Shown here: piece after piece, positions 1-17,589 of the stretch
Layout: each line of letters opens with the position of its first letter
How positions within the stretch are numbered: the first letter of the stretch is position 1
DNA from: the human T2T-CHM13v2.0 reference genome, Homo sapiens
NCBI RefSeq assembly: GCF_009914755.1
Contig: NC_060947.1
Strand: one strand, 5' to 3'
Length of the DNA: 64,000 bases
Notes under the pieces: generated by a model
What the model was told of the DNA's origin: nothing
Seen by the model: only the letters and a program-made list of their open reading frames with translations
Database searches by the model: none
Translations under genes and position numbers: made by a program

Positions 1-526
1 CTACCCAGTTTCTCACCTATTTGTAAATCTGAACTGATTACTCAATAAATTACCTAGCCATTAGTTATCCATAAGTGTTGCTGTCTATAATTTGGGCATT
101 TCATATTAGATAGGTGATATTTAAATGTATGCTTTATGCTTACAAAGGGTGTTATTAGAAATCAAAATGCATTTACTTCATGTTAAAAAGAAAAGAATAA
201 TGTGTACAATTAAATTAAATATTTTTTCTGTTTAAAAATTTCTGTTCAACTTAAAACCAACTTTATTATATCAATTCTTCATTTAAATATTTTATTAAAT
301 GTATTGAATGGTTTTCTCTTAATGTCCTTAATTTTATGTAATTTAATTATTTAAATCTATTTAACATTTACCTTTATCCTGAACATTTTTAGTTTTTTCA
401 ACCAAATAGAAACCAATATAAAAAATGCTTTTGTAATACGGTTTTCAGAATTTCAGCAGACTTAAAATTCATCATTTTAATGCTTGAAAGTTATTTAAAG
501 ATGAATATTATTATAAAGAATCTTAG

Positions 527-848
<322 letters not shown>

Positions 849-907
849 AGCTCTTAGTATTTTTTCTTATTTTTTTTTTTAATTTAACACCATGTAGACA
901 TGGTCAG

Positions 908-1900
908 TTTATTTATTTATTTATTTTTCTTCAATTTTTATTTTAATTTCAGGGGTACATGTGCAGGATGCGCAGGCTTGTTACATAGACAAATGTGTGC
1001 CATGGTGGTTTGCTACACAGATCAACTCATCACATAGGTATTAAGCCCATTATCCATTAGCTATTCCTGAAGCTTTCTCTCCCCCTGCTCCCCACTGACA
1101 GGCCCCAGTGTGTGTTGTTCCCTAGCATGTGTCCATGTGTTCCCATCATTCAGTTCCCACTTATAAGTGAGAACATGTGTTTGTTGTTTGGTTTTCTGTT
1201 CCTGCATTAGTTTGCTGAGCATAACGGCTTCCAGCTCCATCCATGTCCCTGCAAAGGACATGATCTCCTTCCTTTTTGTGGCTGCATAGTATTCCATGGT
1301 GTATATGTACCACATTTTCTTTATCCAGTCTATCGTTGATGGGCATTTGAGTTGATTCCATGTCTTTGCTATTGTGAATAGTGCTGCAGTGAACATACAT
1401 GTGCATATGTCTTTATAACAGAATGATTTATATTCCTTTGGATATATACCCAGTAATGGGATTGCTGCATCAAATGGTATTTCTGCTTCTAGATCTTTGA
1501 GGAATCACCACAATGGTTAAACTAATTTACATTTCCACCAACAGTGTAAAAGTACTCCTTTTTCTCCACACCCTCACCAGCATCTGTTGTTTCTTGACTT
1601 TTTAATAATCGCCATTCTGACTGGCGTGAGATGGTATCTCATTGCAGTTTTGATTTGCATTTCTCTAATGACCAGTGATGTTGAGCTTTTTTTTTTCATG
1701 TTTGTGGGCTGCATGAATGTCTTCTTTTGAGAAGTGTCTGTTTATGTCCTTTGCCCATTTTTTAATGGGGTTGTTTTTTTCTTGTAGATTTCTTTAAGTT
1801 CCTTGTACACTCTGGATATTAGTACTTTGTCAGATGGACAGACTGCAAAATTTTTTCTGCCATTCTGTAGGTTGTCTGCTCATTCTGATGATAGTTTATT
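908..1900 (-). mobile_element. 5'-truncated L1PA (about L1PA7-8) 3' end
   Basis: L1 3'UTR and ORF2 C-terminal peptide (MFTAALFTIAKTWNQ...); (TTTA)n tail; TSD ttcaagctcttact at 535-548 and 1901-1914. Confidence 0.9.
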
Positions 1901-2479
1901 TTCAAGCTCTTACTTTCAAAATAAAAGTATCATCTACTTGCATTGTGGTGGTTCCTACTGGATGAAACCATAACTTTAAAAACCATAATGCATCATCTTG
2001 GTAATTAGTATCCTAACAATATGTATAAAAAAAGAGTGATATGTGACATATACAACATGGGTTGACTAATGAATAAGAATTGGCTATGAGCAAAATTGAC
2101 CAAGAAGGGCATTTCATATTTATACTCGATAGAATTTCAAGTAATGCCTGAAGAAGCTGTGCTTTACAAAGGGCTTCGCAGACTTACAAGGATATGAAAT
2201 CCTCAAGTGGCTACTCAGTCTCTCCTCACTTAAGGAAGGCTGCTCAAATGGTGTACTGACCAGCGTGTATCTCTCTGTCCTAAAACACACCAAAAGCACC
2301 AAGTGTGTGGGGTTGGCAAATGATACAGCTTGCTATAATGGGTGATCACAACTGTTAGATTTTTTTATGATTTGGAAATTAGGATAAAAATGAGTTGATT
2401 AATTTGAAATATGTGGAACTGAACTTGCCAGATGCCTTTTCATGTTAGCACTTGGTGCTTAGCTATGTGAAATGCTATC

Positions 2480-2809
2480 AGCTACCTGCCTCCTTTTGTC
2501 AGTTCCTACAGGATCTTTCTCAGCTGAAGAGTGCCACCTTGACTAAGGTGACACCCTATCAGGCAAGTCTGCCTCTTTTAACTGATTAAGACATGTTTAG
2601 AGGACTACACATTTCAGCCTGATACCAGAAACTTTGAAAGGCAATCCAGAGCTCCCAGCCTGGTTGAACAAGTCCTCACTGGGCTTGCATAGCTGTTCTA
2701 CTTCATTCTGTTCTTCATTTGGTTCCATCTCCATTTCTTACACGTGTTACTCCCTAATAATCCTCTTAAACTCCAAACTGTCTGCTTCTAGAAAACTCAA
2801 CCTATGACA
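2480..2809 (+). mobile_element. Old ERVL LTR, LTR16-like
   Basis: Ends ...tctgcttctagaaaactcaacctatgaca; internal ctcagctgaagagtgccaccttgactaaggtgacaccct resembles recalled LTR16 consensus. Confidence 0.55.
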
Positions 2810-5505
2810 ATTAGGGATTGAATGTTATACATGTAGGATCCCCACTGATGTCTAAAGTAGTTTTTTTTTTCCAGTAGCTCAAATGTATCACAGATGAGGA
2901 TGTCAATTTCTCCATCCATCCATACACTCATATTGCAGTCTTTTTTACATGCTGTATGCTTATCTTTGCATTTAAGAGGCTAGACATAATGAGTAAGATA
3001 TTTATGTGCAAGGTAATTATGACAAAGGGCAGAAGTAAAGAGACCAATGAATAAGCTATTCCAGGTTGATGCTGTGCAAATGTGCAGAATTAGAGTGGTG
3101 GTTGTTAGAATGAAAATTAAACTGTGAATGGGAAAGAAGAAGTCATTTTGATGGAATAAATATTAGGACATGGTGATTGATAGCAAGTCAAACATCAACA
3201 ACCCTGTGAAATAAAAGAAAATAAAAAGGCAGCATATATACATGTCAATTTTGTGCTACACCTTCACAAATCAGTCTTCATAGCTGACTCTAGTTTGTTT
3301 TGTGTAATGGAATATTTATTAACTTTTGTTAAAAAATACCCTATATTCTACTAAAAATATAGACCTTGCAGTGATTGGTAAAACTGCAAACCTTCTAAGT
3401 CAATTTATTGAAACGGGCATGCAAATTCATTATGTTTTATAATTTTTTTAATGCCTCTCTTTCCTCCCATACTCACCCTCTGTTATTCTCTTGGCAACTG
3501 TTTTCCTCAGGCTTATTACAATTTAAACATTTTGTTTCCAAATTACTAAATCTGGAAGCAAATGTTAGCCCCATAATCTTAATAGTATTCTATGTAACTG
3601 TGAGAATCAGTCTCCAACAGCACCAACCTAAGCTTTTGTAGCCAGAACATGGGTGTTTATGACCTTTTCCAGTAGTTTGCTGGGCATGGTACTTTCCTAT
3701 TACTACTGGATAAGTGTACATAAAGAAGCATCAATGGCAGGAAGTTGGATTTAATTCTTCCATGCTGAAATGCAAATAGTACTTCAGAATTCTACTTTAA
3801 GGCTTGAAGTGACATCTGACTTCCATGAACATTAAATGATTTTTATTTCAGTCTTGCATAAACTAATGAAATATTAGCATGATTTATTTTCTGCTACATT
3901 CAAACTGAAGAGCTGTGATCTCATTCTTTTCAATTCCTGCATGCTTTTTAAGCTCAAACCATTTGCCAGCCACTCTACATGAAAATACTTACATTTTATT
4001 ACCTGTTTTTTGAGAAAACATATCACCAAACATTACTATAAATTCAGATAAACTCTAAAGTAAAATGTAATTGTATTACCTCTTAGAGTATATAATGACA
4101 TTTGTAAAGTCATTTTAAAAGACGTATTAAAAATTATTTATCAAACTGACTGTTTTGCAGGTACACCCTCAGCTGCTTTGTAAGAGTCTGCAGCCTAGAA
4201 ATTGGGAACCATTTTCATAGATTACAGAAACAGTAGTTTTACCATTCCGAGTCTGTTACTAATAATGCAGTTATATTTTGGATGGATTTTACTGACCTCT
4301 CATTTGAAAGGAACAATACAACACAATATGTGAACTTTATTTTTATTAAGTTCACACATCTTTCTATTATTGCCCTTATATCCAATGGGGACATTATAAA
4401 AGAGATCATCTAACTCTGGAAAAATCAATGAGATAAGAGAGTATTTTATGCTGTGTTGAATATATTGTAGTTCCTAATTGATTTATTTTGCCCTTCCCTT
4501 TTGTACCATTTTCTTATTGCCGGGAGTTCCCAGCTGAGGCACTCACCCATATGCAATCATATTCCCTTTGAAAGTGATGTCAGATCGTCTGCTAACTTCC
4601 TAATTTCCTATGGTCATTTCATCATGTCCTAGTTGATCTCTAATAGCTGAGCCCTTGCTTAAATGTTAATAGCTAATCTTCAAGCTACTAATTTATAATC
4701 AACAAATATTCTTTCGGATTGTACTGCTCTAACTAATGAGAATACATATTTCATGATAGGAATTCAGACCATTGGCCAGACAGTTGGGAAAATAATTTTA
4801 ACAAGTATTTCTATCAGAGGAAGTTTAACATTACACGGAGTTAATGTCCTTCAACTTTTAAGGCCAGTTCTGACCTTGTTTTTGTGCTATTCTTTGTTTA
4901 TAAAAAAATTAGAATCGAGCCATTTCAAAGTATAACTATTCCTTTTTAATTAGTTATATATATCCTGAAATCTCCTAAGAGATATAAGGAGAAGAGCCTG
5001 TAAAAAGCATGGTTTGGATAGGTCATTCCTGTCTTATAAAGTCAATAAAGTGCACTACACTATTCTTGGAATGAAAATAACAATGATCTTACTGTTTTGT
5101 GTGACTTCATATCATCATGTCGGAGTTTTAGTGTTTGGTTCCATCAGGCTGCAAATATTAACCCATATAGGGTATGTAATAGCTAGTGCCTATGCTCTAA
5201 GTTCTGTGAAATTAACCTTCAAGTAGATAAGCATGCAAACAGTAGAACAGCTAATGATTAGAAATAATTTTTCTTTGTTAGGCATTGCTGTACTTATTGC
5301 ATTACAGGTCAAGGCGTGATATTTAGCAGTTCTACTCTTTGAGGTAAAGACACAGCCATTTAATATGTTAATCTCTTTCTGATTAAAGTTTAGATTCCTT
5401 CTGTGTATTTTTAGAATATAATACATGTATATGCCTTCATAAAAACACAAACATAAGGTTTATACATTAATAATGTGTATATCTGTGCATATGCACTAGT
5501 AAGTT

Positions 5506-5942
5506 TGCTATGATTTGGATATGGTTTGTTTGGCCCTGTCAAATCTTATGTTGAAATTTTATCCCCCGTATTGGAGATGGGGCCTAATGCGAATTGTTTA
5601 GGTCATGGAGTGGTTTCCTCATGAATGGCTAGGTGCTGTCCTTCAGGTAATGATTGAGTTCTCGCTCTGTTAGTACCCAGGATAGTTCCCATGTGAGCTG
5701 ATTCTTAAAAGGAGCCTAGCACCTCACTCCTCCCTCTCTTCCTTCCTCTCTCACCATGTGATCTGTACACACTGGCTCTTCTTTGCCTTTCACCATGAAT
5801 GGAAGGAGCCTGAGGCCCTCACCAGAAGCATATACTGTTTCCATGCTTTTTGTACACCCTGCAGAACCATGAGCCATATAAATCTCTTTATAAATTACCT
5901 AACCTCAGGTGTTTCTTATAGAAATGCAAACAGACTAAGACA
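5506..5942 (+). mobile_element. MaLR solo LTR, MST family (MSTB-like)
   Basis: tgctatgatttggat ... cagactaagaca termini and typical MST internal motifs. Confidence 0.8.
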
Positions 5943-6740
5943 ATGTCCATGTATTTCTGTGCACGTGTGTGTGTGTGAACATATATATATACACAAAATA
6001 TAATATTTCTAAGTATAAACATTTTAGAAGTGATAAATTTTACTTTTTGCCCCAATTCCTTCCTGGAAACTTCATTTGAAACAGCATTAAAAATCTGTTA
6101 TATTTTCTTATAAAATCACTGAATTACAAATAAAACACATACTGATGTATACTGATTGATGTTAACACAATTTAAAATTGTGCAAATAGACCCTAAAGAG
6201 AGATTTTGAAATTTCAAAAATGTTTTACATGAATTATAGCATCATTTCCAGAGAAAAAGGCATACTACCAATGAGATGGTTCATGTGAAAAGAATTAATA
6301 TACACCTATAGAATTGCTAAATGAACATATATTTCTATATTTGATGAATATCTATGGATCTCTCATGTGATCTGAAGAAGAATTCTCTTCCTTTATCTTA
6401 CTCTGCTGTGGTACAAATCAATGGAAGACATTCATATGTGAAACATACTTCCTTGGACTTAGGGGGATTTAGAACCTAAAGTCTATTTTAGGGCACGAAA
6501 TTGGTTCATAGCACATATTTTCTAGAATTATTAGTGTTTATAAATAACAATTTCTTGATGGGCTACAGCTAACATATTATGGGTTATTGCAATGCCCAGA
6601 AGAGCAGCTATAACTTTACTCCCTTCCTCCTCCTCATTCAAGTTAAAGACACTGAAAAACAAGTGACAATCACATTATAATAAAAAGTATGTCCAGTCTG
6701 TTTTTATCTGTTAGAAATAAATAAATAAGTCCAGACTTTG

Positions 6741-7120
6741 CGATATGGTTTGGATTAGTGTCTCTGCCCAAATCTCATGTGGAATTGTAAGCCCCAATAT
6801 TGGAGGAGGGGCCCTGTGGGAGGTAATTGGATCAAGGGGGTAGATTTCCCCCTTGCTGTTCTCGCAGTAGTGAGTTCTCACAAGATCTGGTTGTTTAAAA
6901 GTGTGTAGCATCTCCCACTGCCCTCTCTTCCTCCTTCTCCGGCCGTGTAAGACAGGCCTGCTTCCTCTTCACCTTCTGCCATCACTGTAAGTTTCTTGAG
7001 GCCTCCCCAGGCATGCCCTCCTGTACAGCGTGCAGAACTGTGAGTCTATTAAACCTTTTTCTTCATAAATTGCCCAACCTCAGGTAGTTCTTTATAGCAA
7101 TACGAGAATGAACTAATACA
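6741..7120 (+). mobile_element. MaLR solo LTR, MSTA/THE1D-like
   Basis: (c)gatatggtttgg ... aactaataca termini; 5-bp TSD ctttg / cttcg. Confidence 0.85.
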
Positions 7121-8068
7121 CTTCGTAACTCTATTACTGATTAACAACATGACATATGATGTCCTCACTTGTGATCAAGAGATTCTTGTGTCTGGCAACA
7201 TAATGAATGAGCTCTACTCATACTCAATGAGCTCTATGTATGTTATAAATATACATAAGAGCACCAGGATTAAAATTCTTTTGTCCCATCAATTGACTTA
7301 ATTGACATGAAGTAATAGCTATAGCAAGTGTTAGATATTTAAGACACATATCAATGGATTTTTGTGCATGTGAGTAAAGTTACATATGAAATATTTTGCT
7401 AATGGTTATTGAAATTGAGAAAAATTGTAAATAGGTATGGATAAACCACATCAGAATGGTTGCTCAAGGAAGTTTGTTTTGTGTAATAAATTTCCCTGAA
7501 GGAAATATAGTCATCTGAATTTATTCCATTGATTTTAAGTCTTTACCTAAATGCTATATGAATTCTGTAAGCATCTGTTTTTTATGGTGATGGGGGTGGT
7601 CATTGGTTTCACAATTTAAAGCATGTTCAAAACACCAACCCAGCATCTTTTCCTCTCCTTCACCTGTTGTTCACTTTATTCAAACCTATATACAGAAATA
7701 TCGTTCCTTAATCAAAAGCAATGTTACCATAACCTCTTCTTTTAACCCTTCGTAGCCACTGCCAGTGTTACCAACATATAATTTTTTTTTCTAGCTGCTT
7801 TGCAGAAAAAAGTTTAGTCAGATAACCATAGTAAGACTAGAGAGACATGTTTCTATAAACCTGGAGGCTTTCTTGCTCTGTCCATTTCTCTGTGAATTAA
7901 AATCATGCTAAGTAAGATTGCTTTTAGAATGTAAGATCTGCCTTGAAATAGTATCGATGGGAGCAGAACTTTAGTAAAGATGATAAATATAATATCATGA
8001 TATTTTTTATGATGTTGACATGTGTTTGACATGCCATCACGGTATTTTGTGTGCTAATGGGAAGTGCT

Positions 8069-8110
8069 AAAATATTATAAATACAAGGCAAAATATTATA
8101 AATACAAGGC
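8069..8110. repeat. Perfect 21-bp tandem duplication
   Basis: aaaatattataaatacaaggc x2. Confidence 0.9.
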
Positions 8111-8409
8111 CAGTTATCATGGAAATTTAACATGAAGCTTCAAAGTTTTATTCCTAAAAATTGCTCAGACAACCATAAAATCTCTCAGCCTCACTAATGA
8201 TGTGGAAAGAATTAGTGATGTGTGATTAGAGTATTAATTATTCACTAGCTAATGACCAGAGAGATGAATTGTGAGACTTTTCACACCTTATTTAATGAAT
8301 TGTATGTGGTCATCATACCATTCAATATCAAAATATGAAAGACTGGTGAGGAAAAGGATGTACACATGGTCTCCACATTTCATCCACAGAATACTTATTA
8401 ATTTCCAAA

Positions 8410-8666
8410 AGAGAAATTTCCAGCATAGGAAAATCCGTAGACAGATTAGTTGTTTTCAGGGGCTGGGGGTGGGGTGGAGTTGCAAATAGAGAGTGACTGT
8501 TAAGCGGTAGAGAGTTTCATTTAAGGACAATGAAAATTTTCTAAAGTTAGATAATGGTGATGGTTGCCCAACTCTGTGATTATATTTTAAAAAAACACTG
8601 AATTGTACATCTTTAAAAGATGAATTTTATGGTATGTAAATTACATGTCTAATGCTGCTGTAAAAA
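8410..8666 (+). mobile_element. L1M (L1MB-like) 3' UTR fragment
   Basis: ggtgatggttgcccaactctgtga...cactgaattgtacatctttaaaagatgaattttatggtatgtaaattac is a typical old-L1 3' end. Confidence 0.75.
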
Positions 8667-11407
8667 GAAATGAAGACATCCGGTGGACACCACCATAACC
8701 AAATGACCAAACACAGTATTACTTATAACAGGAAACACGGCCAAAAATAGTACAAGCCCATTTACATTTTCATTAACATTCACATCGTATCTTTGACCCT
8801 CTTATTGCCAGGAATATTCATTCTGATTTTTACCCAGTAGAACTATTTTAAATCACATATGCCTGAGGTAGCTATTTAAATCTTATAATGGAATTGAAAC
8901 TCATAACATCAAAGGGCCTTTTCATCTCATTGTTACTGTAATACTGAGTATTTTTTAGAGCAATTCCTCTGTCAGTAACCATTTGTGTCTGTATGCATTG
9001 GCATAGGGAATTCATAAATATTACCATTGTCCCCTGATGAAGTAACACAAATTGCTCTATTTCTCCAGAAATATTTTTATTAAAATATAGGCTATTGGTA
9101 CTACCAACTGTATGTCCTTTTTTCTGTTTTAATATATTTTAATAGTAATATCAATGAGTGAAGTGTCCATAGTCCCATGCCATATTACTTGTATAATTTC
9201 TATATTATATGCTCTATGAAAAGAATGTGGTCAAGTCAGTTTTGTATATGTTTGGCTATTTTTTACCATGAGGAACATCTGAAATCAAATGTTATCTTCT
9301 GCAAACTAGGTTTGTAAGAGAAACAAATAAACATTATACTTATTTCCACTTCATTCTTGGAATAAAATTTATTTTCAGAATTATTTTCGTTAATTCTTTA
9401 CCATTTTAGAAATATTTCAAGTGATAGTGTTTTTTTGGTTTGTTCATTTGGTAGTTGTCTTAGGGAACTTTGTCCACAAGCTCACTTTTAGATGATGATG
9501 CATGGGTCTGTGCATTAAGGAAATGTTCCCCCCACAAAAAACAAGTAATGGGGTAAGAGAAGTAGAAGAGGGAATTGATCACTCCAAATAAATGTGACAT
9601 TTAAATCAAAATCTCAACAGCAACCTAATCCTGTAGGTTTCTCCAGAACTGAAATGACATCACAATTTTTGTTGTGATTGGGGTGATGGAGCTGAGATTT
9701 GAAACTTCCATACCCACAGGTGTTGGCTATGGGCCTGCCCCAGGGTACATCACAGGGGATATGAGTATAAGGGCAGAGCATCCACAGAATTTATTACAGT
9801 GGTCTTTTTTTCCTTCTGTAGTCATAGTTAAAACAAAAAGTAATATTTCTTATTCTATGTGGTAGTGATGATGGTGCCTGTATGTAAACTATGTTATTTA
9901 ATCTAAAATTATTGGTTAAATATAGATAATTGGCTAATGAAATTTTGATTGATCACTATGTTTAACACAAGTGCACAATTTGTAGAAGTACTGATTTATG
10001 CTATCAAGGAAATTTAAGTTTAAGAATGATATCATATGGTAAAAATTACATATAGATATGAAATGTAATCCTGAATAAGGCTATCTGATACATGTGCTTA
10101 GGATCCATAGCAAAGAAAGATAAGGTTAGTGTTTGTTAACCAAGATGATGTTGAGTGTGTGTATTTTACATAAAATGTTAATATCAATGTTTATATCAAT
10201 GTATAAAGAGAAAAATGTAGTTCCTTTCTTACTGGAAAATATTGTATGCAGAACTGAGGTGGAAATCATTCAGTTGCATGTAATATATGTTTACCATTAA
10301 TTTACTTGATAACTCATTATATTTCAGCTATGAACATTTTTTTACTTTCATCCTATTCTATATTTACTTACAGTTACTTGCATTAAAACATGGGATTTTG
10401 GCATTTTACCTCAGCTAGTGACCATAAAGTACTAGTAGATGATAGATGGCTGATTCAACAGTGATATTTTCTTGGTATTCTATAATGCAGATCTGAAATT
10501 AATAAGGCAGTATTAAGGTGATATAGATATAAAATATAGCCCTTCTATTAAAAAATCAGTTGCACAAGAATAGAATTGTCATATAAGATAGACAGCCCAA
10601 ATATAGTTTAAGAGTGTTTTGTGGTTGGTAAACATAATAAGACAATTTCACAATGCTTTCATAAAATAGAGTATGCAGGTTATAGAAGGTAATAGTACTC
10701 TGTACTTGTTGAATAACTTTTGCAGTATATATTGCTTTCAGTCCTCAGACACATTTAAAGAAGGACAAACAGAAAACAAAAGGTTATCTAAATAAATGAG
10801 ACTGATATATAAGAGATTTGGAGACCTGGCAGTAGAAAGAATCCTTGAATGTTCTAAATTTCTGAAATCTGAACATAAACCTTAGAGAAAAAATAATGAC
10901 TGTATTTAAATATTTGAAGAACTGTAATGGGGTTCAGATTGTAGGTTTTCTTCTATGTTGGGCTGGGACAGATCTAAAGTTACAGCTCTCCAGATATAAA
11001 ATGGGCTGTTTCTGTGTTGTGAATGTCATCTGGTAGTGTCTCCCTAATAGCATCATCCAAGGCTACATACCATTTGTCAGGGACTCCATAGAAGAATGGA
11101 GTAAATTAACTATGAGACACCTTCAACTCTAAACTTTCCTGAATCTGTGTTTTTGCACCTGCACAGTTACAAGCTGTGTTCTATAGCACACTTGACAGTG
11201 AAATTTATACTATCTATTAAAATCTTTAGAAGTAAAAATTTTAAAAATCATTAACATTGAGTAGATGGTTAAAAAAACAAAGTAAGTAGAAAGAAAAAAT
11301 GAATAAATCATGTCTTCATCATTAAGGGCATCTGGGATACTTAAATGCATGGCATTTACTGCATCTGAAATTTTTATTGTATTGAAATGCAATGTTTTCA
11401 CTTTCAG

Positions 11408-11508
11408 GTTTTCACTTCCAGTTACTGCAACAGCAGAAAACTGCATTCTTACTATTTACCCATATATGGCAATTCATCTGGATAAGCAAAACATTATTTT
11501 AAAGAATG
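11408..11508 (+). CDS. CFAP47: Internal coding exon A of CFAP47 (101 nt, phase 2->1): FSLPVTATAENCILTIYPYMAIHLDKQNIILKN
   Basis: Acceptor ttttcactttcag|G, donor AATG|gtaagc; open frame that joins exon 17590 in phase (G|AT=Asp). Peptide recognised from memory as CFAP47/CHDC2. Confidence 0.9.
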
Positions 11509-12779
11509 GTAAGCTATGTATGACTTATTTATCCCTAACTCTCACTGTATAGGTTCTTGGCCAACATCTAGAAATAAAGTGAATTTAAAATTATCAGTTG
11601 TTTATTAAACAGCTGCCTCTGATAGAAGCTGTGCTTGTCATTGAGAGTAGAATCTGTATGTCTCTTAATTCCAAAAGTTGACGATCTAGTTTGAATAGAA
11701 TGATTTGGGCAAAAGACAATATAGCAGAAACATGCAGGTGTGACAGGAGGTGTAAGGCAGTAAATGTAGGTACAGGACCATAATGCTATGCCCTTTATTC
11801 TGTAGCAGTGGGAACCTTCTGTCATTTTTTGAGTATCAGTGTTTAGAAAGGGAACAATTCTTGGGATGTGTGATGAATTAAAGTGGGACAGAGTGTGGTC
11901 ATTAGACCAGCCTGGAATTGCTGCAGGGGAAATTGTGAGAGAAGCTAAGAATACTAAACAAGCTAGTGAGCAGGGAGAAATATGAAAGGCAAGAAACAGG
12001 GGAGTACATTAGAGAAAGGAGGGAGAGTGGGTAACAAAAAAAAATCCCATCTGTGTAGATCGTCAAGGTCTTAATTTTCAGTGCTGAATTAGAGGTCTTT
12101 TGTTTGTTTTTAACCAATTTTCTCATATTCTTCACTTGTTTCTTCAAATATTTACAACTCTGATGAAACATATTTAGTCTTATTCTACCTTAATTTCAGG
12201 GGATGACTCTTTTTTCTTACTATTCAGAAGAAATAGAGGCCATTAAGCAGTACCACTCTGAACTTCCAAATACCCTCTTGGATTGGAACTGGATTGTGAC
12301 AAGCAAGTCACAAGCATGTATCGTGACTCTTTTTACTGGTCACAAAGCTGGGAGCCAGGGCTCTCTCTTGCCTTAACTTATTCCTTTATCTGAATCCCTT
12401 TACCCAGGTACCTTCTCAATCAAGTAACCTTGCTTATCTTTTCATTTCTGTCTCCCTCTTAGCTGCTTTGAGTGAGCATCTAGGAAGACAGTAGAAAGGA
12501 GAAAGGAGACTGTATTTTCCCAGTGGCCAGCAGGCTCATTCCCAAAGAGCAAAAAGGGTAGCTTCAGGCCATGCATTCCTTATTAATTCTTTCCAAATCT
12601 AACAGTAAAATAAATCACTCAACTTCCCAGGGAGAAGGAGAAAAGCAGCAGAGGAAATTAAACAATTAGAAAACTTCAACTGCCTTTAACAGGAAAAAAA
12701 ATTCAGGGGTAAGGAAGAAGAATTTATCCATTATGCTGCCATAACTAAACTACTGAGCACAGCTAACACTTGACTATTC

Positions 12780-14235
<1,456 letters not shown>

Positions 14236-14440
14236 CATAAACCATCAGGAAGGCATCTTTTAGCTATATATTTTCATAAAAGAATGGGTTATATGTGAAA
14301 TAGCATATTCTGAACACCAAAAAATTATTTTAAAGCAATTTATGGAATAATGCAGTTGGCAGAGTGGAGATATATAGGGAGAGATAGATATCTCAAAATT
14401 TTAACACACATTGTCAAAATGTAAAGATTTTTTTTTTTTT

Positions 14441-14806
<366 letters not shown>

Positions 14807-16218
14807 TCAGATTATACAACATAATAGTTATGAAGAGTCACACAAACTAGATGATGGCAATTCTCATTTGTGTTCTAACCACACTTTTATGCCATATGAT
14901 TTTATCTTTTATTCTTAAATCTTCAAATTTACCATCTTTTATTAAGCAAAATGTACATGACAGAACAGTAATAGAATACTGATAATATCTGTTTTACCTA
15001 TTTAAAAGGGCTTTTGTGAGGACCCATAGACTGCAAATACATGGAAATTATTGTTATGAATAATATTTCATTATTATTGCTATTATCACTGTGGTTGTGA
15101 TTGCTTTATCATTTTTATATGCTTTATAATTTACTTCCAGAAAATAATGATTAATTACTGGGCAATAAATAATATTGTTATCTCTTTAAAATAAATAAAT
15201 AAATAAAACCTTGTTGTTAGATTATTAAGCATAAAGTCTATGTGTGAAAATAATGCATCCATTTGGGGAAATATTTCAAAAGAAAGAAATTATAATTCTT
15301 AAATATCCTAAAACATCTTTAGAAATATATATAGTGATAATTTCTAATATATATTTAATGCTTACCAGGTATATGGTGCTCTGCTCAGTGCCTTATATTT
15401 GTCCTTTAAATTAGTCCTCCCAGAAGTTCTGAGTTAGATGCCCTTATATATCTCACTTTACAAATTAAAAATCTGAATATGTAGAGAGGGTGAGCAGCTT
15501 ATCCCAGGGAATTCTAATGAAATTTGAGGCCTCAGCTCCCACACACTTTGGTAGTGTGTGCTAGGGTATGATATGATCAATAAAGGTAAAATCTTAAAAT
15601 ATATCAAGTATATCTAAAAGTAAAGCAGTATGATTATTTTAGTATAGTTCATCTGCAAAATTCTTTTAAAAAGTGAATTATTGAGTTTAGTTGAAAGTGT
15701 ATAGATGTGGCTTTGCATTCCACTGGGAACTTTTTATCATTTAATGGCAAGTTAAAAACATTTAGCCTAATGCATCTACCACAAATAATTTTATCATTGA
15801 GTTCTCTGAGGCTCAATTCTATGAAGTCTATAGTGGTGTAGCATTCTGGAAATAATGCACACCTATTGACTACAGAGTCTCAGGCAAATTCTAAATGACT
15901 CTGTTATGAAAGAGTGCAAGAAACTTAGCATATAATAGCTCATTTATATTTGTTATTGTCTTTAATGTAATCTTCACAACAAACTCATGAGCTCAGAAAC
16001 TTTGGTCTCATTTTATGGATAAATACATGTTTTAAATAATTTGTATAACACACTCACAGTTTAACTGTGAGTAGAAGTAGGCATGCCAAGTTTTCAAATC
16101 AGATTTTTCTAACTGCAGAGTCTATGCTTTTTTGACAGAATTAGACTGAGTTAGGAGCTGGGACTTGACACCAGGGTGGGGCTTGGAGGCTTGGACAATG
16201 GACCATATGGAGGACTAG

Positions 16219-16680
<462 letters not shown>

Positions 16681-17589
16681 TAGAAATTTCTGCATAAACC
16701 ACCCCTTAATCTGCATGCAATTAAAAATGGGAATAAATATGACTGCAAAACTGCCCTGAGCTGCTACCCTCTGCCTAGGGCTAGCCCTGCTCTCCAAGGG
16801 CAGTCATGGAGCTGTAATATTGCTGGAGGTGTAACACTGCCTCTTCAATTAAGCCGTTTACTTCTACCTCTGGCTTGCCCTTGAATTCTTTCCTGGGCAA
16901 AGCCAAGAACCCTTGCAGGCTAAGATCCACTCTGTGGCCCACCTGTCCTGCATCAAGACTATGACTATATGTAAATTGCATATGTATTTTGAGGCTTGGC
17001 CTTAGGTCACACCTACTGGCTTTTCTTGGCCAGCACTGCCTTTGGTTGGATTCAGATTTACACTGTGGCAGTCCCTAATATACATATATAGCAACTGTAA
17101 CTGAAATCGAGATTGAAATCTGTACAAAAATGGTATCAGTTCATAACCAAGCTGTGATGTTATTACAGAGAGTTAACTAGGAAGATATTAGTTTTTCTGG
17201 TGACTCTTTTCCTATATCTTATTTTGAACAGCGTATGTAATAATTTCATTTATTTGGATGTAGAAACATTTAAAATATTTTCATATTCTTTTTTACGCTA
17301 AAGTTGAACATTGTTCATTCTCTAATAACTTTGATGTACCATAACAATTGCCTTACCAAAAAAATTCATTTAGTTTAGAAAATTGTATCAACTTTTATCT
17401 TTTTCCTATTTGACATCTTATTTTATGTACAGTGGGTGTTTAGACTTTTTTTTTACTTTGTCATAGATAGATGGATACATAGATAGATATATACATCAAT
17501 AGATAATAGATAAACTCAGGTTAAATAATGGTATAAAGAAATACGTGAATGCATGTTTTGCTTACTGTGATCCAATGTGTCATTTGTAG

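Noticed and set aside
4141-4220. Possible cryptic/terminal exon or recursive splice site (ctgactgttttgcag|gtacac..., VHPQLLCKSLQPRNWEPFS*)
   Set aside because: Short pyrimidine tract, branch-like motif too close to the AG, weak regenerated donor and an early stop; unsupported without RNA data.
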